A stretch of 64,000 nucleotides of DNA from Squalus acanthias (taxonomy: Eukaryota): contig JASTWF010000088.1 in the NCBI GenBank assembly GCA_030390025.1, positions 992,001 through 1,056,000 of the forward strand, in the 5' to 3' direction. This document shows, piece by piece, positions 59,549-64,000 of this stretch. Numbering within the stretch: position 1 is the first letter of the stretch; each line of letters starts with the position of its first letter. The position numbers and the translations under genes are program-made. The notes below the pieces were generated by a model. It was not told the origin of the DNA. It was given only the letters and a program-made list of their open reading frames with translations, and made no database searches.

Positions 59549-60937
59549 TCAATCCTTCTTAAAAGAATTTTTGGGGTCTGTGGCTTTACCAGAATTGCTT
59601 ATTTCTACCATCTTCTATAGAGCCTGAAAGGCTTCTAAATATACATTCTGCTCATCTGGGAGAGGCAGGAATGAGCCTCCCTGTTCCCCTATCTGCTTGG
59701 GTCCCTGCTTGTAGGCTCCTCATCCCCTAGCCCAAGACTGTCCTCTAACGTGTCCTGACTTGCCACAGTTACAGCAAGGTCTCTTACTCCCCCACCCCTT
59801 TTTGCTTCTTCATAGGTCACAGTTGCTACCGCCATTTCATCTTTGGAATTACTGGGGGTCTCTGATCGAGTTGGGATTCGTACCAAGCTAGGAGGACCGT
59901 TTGGATGTCCCTTCCTATTCCTGCCCGTGGATTAGCTGCCGCTAATTCCATGGTGTACTGACGAAGCATATGCTCACCGGCAGGACTGAAGCATATGCTC
60001 ACCAGCAGGACTGAAGCATATGCTCATCGGCAGGACTGAGGAGGGCCTTGTACCTGCTAAGCACCAAGGTCCAAAAAGTGGGATCATTCCAGGTTAACTC
60101 CACTTGTTCATAGCCCCCACGATTTTGATTATACACCTCCACGAAGGCTCTCGGATATTAAGTTGGGTGCTCGTCCCTGGGTTTATGATCCATTATTTTT
60201 CCCGTATCTGCCACCACCCTATATCCCACAGCTTCACACACCACATCGTCGCGCACATCATGGTTTGGGAATTCTTGTCCCTCTCTAAACCGCTTGGGCG
60301 GTGTCAAGCCTGGAGGTAAGACAGCCTGTAGCAATCGACAACCATCCTTGTTTGCCAATGCTTCTGCCAGCTGTAGCGATCGTATTTTATTTAATAGCTG
60401 GGTTGCGTCTGCTACCCCATCAGATTTAGGCAGTTGGCCACTAAGTTGGCATAATTCCGAGAGAGTTAGGTCCCTACTAACTTGTTGATCCGCATATGTA
60501 TATTCCATTCGACCCTTCCCATGTGTGTGCAGGCGTTTGGTTACTACGGGGGCCACTAAGCGCCCATCTGTACTGCTACTTGCCGCATGGGACCGAGTGT
60601 AACTGGCTATACTATCTACTGCTAACGATGTACGAGGGAGACTGACTTAAACTGTCGTCGTCCTCCTTGCCACCTCGGTTAACTGCCCGTGGTGAGGAAC
60701 CGGGAATTAGAGTGCCGACGGGAGGGCTGGATCATCCTTGCCATCGTCACTATTGGATTTCTCCTCGCAAGTGCCGAAGGACAAGGCAGTCACTCTAACC
60801 CTTAATTCTTGAATTTTTTTTTCTTGTCCTCCTCCCTTCCACATCTTTCCTCCCTCAATTTCCTTATCATGCATAAGGCTATCACTAACACTACTAGCTG
60901 AGCAGCTACCAGCCCCATCTGGAACAGCATTGCCCAT
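59549..60937 (-). pseudogene. ERV gag remnant
   Basis: Starts MGNAV (Gly2, myristoylation type) at 60937; capsid-like ORF 60158-60556; ends TGA (59551-59549) in frame with protease; several stops and frameshifts. Confidence 0.6.
59962..60039. repeat. 3 x 25-bp tandem repeat within gag
   Basis: GAAGCATATGCTCACCGGCAGGACT repeated three times with single-base variants. Confidence 0.9.
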
Positions 60938-61365
60938 ACCCTCCACGGGGGTACTCCTTTATCATCTTTATCCATTTTTACAGTTGCTTTACCTTTGGCC
61001 CTCTCCTTCTTGGACTTGGCCTTTATTGGAGGTGATCAGCCTCCAATATTTCCTCCCTTGCAACAACCTCCCCCTTCTATGATACCTATAGAGATAGAGG
61101 ACTGTATAACTGGCACAGTGGTTTCCCGGCCACTGTCACGTTAAAACATCGTACAATTTGATGTCTGCTGTACTCATTAACAAATTGAATACTACTCTCA
61201 CGTGTATGTGTTCTTTATCCTGTGTCTTGCGGCGTAGTTTGTCGCTGTGGGTCGTTGACGCTCATCTGGATCGAGTTCTTGATGGTTCAGATTTGGCTTC
61301 AGACCGGTGTCGACCGTCCCTGGTTTTCAAAAAGCCACGAGTTCAGGTCGGCACTAGCTTGCCAA

Positions 61366-62031
61366 TGTTGAATTTTTTAAAACTGTGTGTCGTTCACTTT
61401 AGTAGTAACAAAGTCAGCTTTTGGTTCTGGTCCCAACACACCTATTCTTGCTTCAGCGCACACAGTACAGGAAACTCTTTATTAACTGGCACCGATGGGA
61501 CCGGCGTGGTGCCGGTTAATCAAAAAGTCCGGATAACGGAGAGTTATATCTCCCAACGTACGAGAGCCCCGTACACATTGACATGCGCCTGCATTCGGAG
61601 CTCCGTCTCCCCGGGGACCGCCAGCTGACCATCTGTCGTGTCCGCTGCCTACCCGGGCTGCACATTCCCCTCCCAATCTACACGCTCTGATACAAGGCAA
61701 ATGCCTCGGGGTTTTTTTTAAGTTAATTTTAAACGAGAGATGAAGGAAAACCCCGGTTACCTACTCAAGAATTTGGCCGGTTAAGAGAGATTTCCGGTTA
61801 TTTGGGTGCCGGTTAAAAGAGAGTTTCCTGTAGTTACACAGACAGAGTACAATTACATGTAGGTATGCGCCCCTTACATTGTACCATTTATTGTTCGTGG
61901 ACATGTTATTTATACATTCCCAATGTGGGTGTTGAGGAAAATCCTTTGTTTCCTATTGGTCCGTTTTTATTGCTACAGCACCTTGTATGGCACTCTCCCT
62001 TTAGTGATTTCCCTTCATGTCCAGACTTGCC
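61366..62031 (-). repeat. ERV 5' LTR (U3 start missing), interrupted by a MITE
   Basis: Colinear with 48909-49210; ends ...TTCAACA followed by T-TGG (PBS). Confidence 0.78.
61468..61830. mobile_element. Tc1/mariner-pogo-type MITE with TA TSD
   Basis: TA-CAGGAAACTCTTTATTAACTGGCACC ... GGTGCCGGTTAAAAGAGAGTTTCCTG-TA; the other LTR has the empty site CACAGTAGTTAC. Confidence 0.92.
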
Positions 62032-62297
62032 TGGGGGAAGGGATATGGAGTTAGAATACAGATCACCCATGATCTCATTGAATGGCGGAACAGACTCGAG
62101 GGGCTGAATGGCCTACTTCTGTTCCTATTGTCTCAAAGTTTCCCCACCCTTCCTTTGACTACCCTTTTACTACTTGTATGTTTATAAAAGAGTTTGGGGT
62201 TCCCTTTTATGTTACCCACTCATATTTTCTCATACACTCTCTTTTTTGCCCCTTATTTCTGCACTTTCTGTATTCTGCTTGGTTCTCTACTGTATTA

Positions 62298-63779
62298 CAG
62301 GAAACTCTTTGGTATCCGGCACCGACGGGACCGGCGTGGTGCCGGTTGATCAAAAGTTCCGGATAACGGAGTGTAACATATCAAAATTTGCAGATGATAC
62401 TAAGATGGGAGGGAAAGTAGTGAGTGAGGAGGACATAAAAAACCTGCAAGGGGACATAGACAGGCTAAGTAAGTGGGCAGAGATTTGGCAGATGGAATAC
62501 AACATTGGAAAGTGTGAGGTGATGCACTTTGGCAGGAAAAATCCTAGAGCAATTTATTATCTTAATGGCAAGAAACTGGAGAGTACTGAAGTGCAAAGGG
62601 ATCTGGGGGTCCTGGTGCACGAAACTCAAAAGGTTAGTATGCAGGTGCAGCAAGTGATTAAGAAGGCAAATGGAATGTTGGCTTTCATTGCTAGGGGGAT
62701 AGAATATAAAAATAGGGAGGTATTGCTTCAGTTGTACAAGGTATTGGTGAGACCGCACCTGGAATACTGCATACAGTTTTGGTGTCCTTACTTAAGGAAA
62801 GACATCCTTGCTCTCGAGGCAGTGCAAAAAAGGTTCACTCGGTTAATCCCGGGGATGAGGGGGTGGTCATATGAGGAGAGGTTGGGTAGATTGGGACTCT
62901 ACTCATTGGAGTTCAGAAGAATGAGAGGCGATCTTATTGAAACATATAAGATTGTGAAGGGGTTGGATCGGGTGGATGCGGGGAGGATGTTCCCGATGAC
63001 GGGTGAGACTAGAACTAGGGGACATAGTCTTAGAATAAGGGGCTGCTCTTTCAAAACTGAGATGAGGAGGAACTACTTCACTCAGAGGGTGGTAGGTCCA
63101 TGGAATATGCTGCCACAAAAAGCTGTAGAAGCTACATCATTAAATAAATTTAAAACAGAAATAGACAGTTTCCTAGAAGTAAAGGGCATTAAGGGTTACG
63201 GGGAGCGGGCAGGAATTTGGACATGAGTCTAGGTTCGGATCGGTCATGGCCCTGTGGGTAGTGGAGCGGGCCCAGGGACCGTGTAGCCTGATTCTGCTCC
63301 TATTTCGTGTGTGCAATTCTGTTAGATACAGGAGATGGTTCTGTGATAGTAGATAGTAGATTGGCGGTTAGGATCAGATCAGCCATGATCTTATTGAATG
63401 GCGGAGCAGGCTCGAGGGGCCGATTGGCCTACTCCTGCTCCTATTTCTTATGTTCTTATATCTACCGAGGCTATTTTTAACAAACAAAAATCAGACTCCT
63501 GTTACTGCTGTGTTCGGACTTCCGACAGCGCCAGGAGGCCGAGTAGTGGCACTTTGGAGAACTACCCCCACTGACTAACTCGGCGCTCGCGGGAGACTCG
63601 GACTCGGCAACATTGCCGGTTATTTGAGAGGAGTTTTCGGAGTACTCGGCGTTTGCGGGAGACTCGGACTCAGACTCGGCAACATTGCCGGTTATTTGAG
63701 AGGCGTTTTCGGAGTATGATTTTTGCCGGTTAAGAGAGAATTCCGGATATTTAGGTGCCGGTTAAACAAGAGTTTCCTG
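62298..63779. mobile_element. Second MITE of the same TIR family, interrupted by a young CR1
   Basis: TA-CAGGAAACTCTTTGGTATCCGGCACC ... GGTGCCGGTTAAACAAGAGTTTCCTG-TA. Confidence 0.9.
62370..63459 (+). mobile_element. 5'-truncated CR1, nearly identical to the 3' 1.1 kb of the full-length element at 23006-27676
   Basis: Matches 26581-27670 with only scattered substitutions; its translation differs at few residues (YNIGK vs YNTGK, TSLNK vs TTLIK). Confidence 0.95.
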
Positions 63780-64000
63780 TATATCTGACATTTATCAAAA
63801 GCTTCCTTTTTCTGTTTCATTTTAATCTCTATATCTTTAGTCATCCAGGGAGCTCTAGCTTTGGATGCCCTTCCTTTTCCTCTCATGGGAATGTGTCCAG
63901 TCTATACCTGAACGATCTCCTCTTTTGAAGGCCTCCCATTGCTCATTTACTGTTTTACCAGCCAATCTTTGACTCCAATCCACCTGGGCCAGATCCCTTT

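Larger units (their letters stand above)
48907..62031 (-). mobile_element. Defective endogenous retrovirus LTR-gag-(pro/delta-pol)-env-LTR with multiple nested insertions
   Basis: Two homologous LTRs (48907-49334; 61366-62031), PBS-like TGGCAAGCTAG next to the 5' LTR, PPT AAGGAAGGGTAGAG (55584-55571), and gag, protease, integrase-tail and env remnants in order. Confidence 0.8.
62135..64000 (-). mobile_element. Old CR1 ORF2 fragment hosting the second MITE
   Basis: ORF 63692-63886 begins RGKGRASKARAPWMTKDIEIKMKQKKEAF (CR1 linker); continues left of 62296. Confidence 0.75.

Noticed and set aside
62174-63226. 350-aa ORF with a hydrophobic N-terminus fused to RT
   Set aside because: Chance read-through from an antisense CR1 and MITE end into a truncated CR1; non-ATG start.

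Overview
This is vertebrate genomic DNA, most likely from a cartilaginous fish (shark), judging from the CR1/Penelope/Harbinger families and the Ig exon. It looks like an MHC-type locus almost buried in repeats. Only three host-derived islands are visible: (1) a minus-strand signal-peptide exon (MLKIVVLASVLTLCLA, 2065-2113, probably beta-2-microglobulin exon 1) under a complete ISRE-S-X1-X2-Y promoter; (2) an AP-1/NF-kB/ISRE motif cluster at about 34.8-35.0 kb; (3) an isolated, intact 276-bp MHC class I alpha3-type (C1-set Ig) exon on the plus strand (45496-45771) with no alpha1, alpha2 or TM exon detectable in the window. Between (1) and (2) lies a ~22-kb G-rich 19-bp satellite carrying a full-length two-ORF CR1 LINE with 76-bp 5' monomers. 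The rest is nested mobile DNA: many CR1 fragments, an RTE, a Penelope with two inverted hammerhead-bearing pLTRs, a pol-deleted endogenous retrovirus (~48.9-62.0 kb) that contains an apparently intact autonomous PIF/Harbinger transposon and a deleted relative, two TA-TSD MITEs, and two minisatellites. The giant His/Pro/Thr ORFs in the track are artefacts of the satellite.
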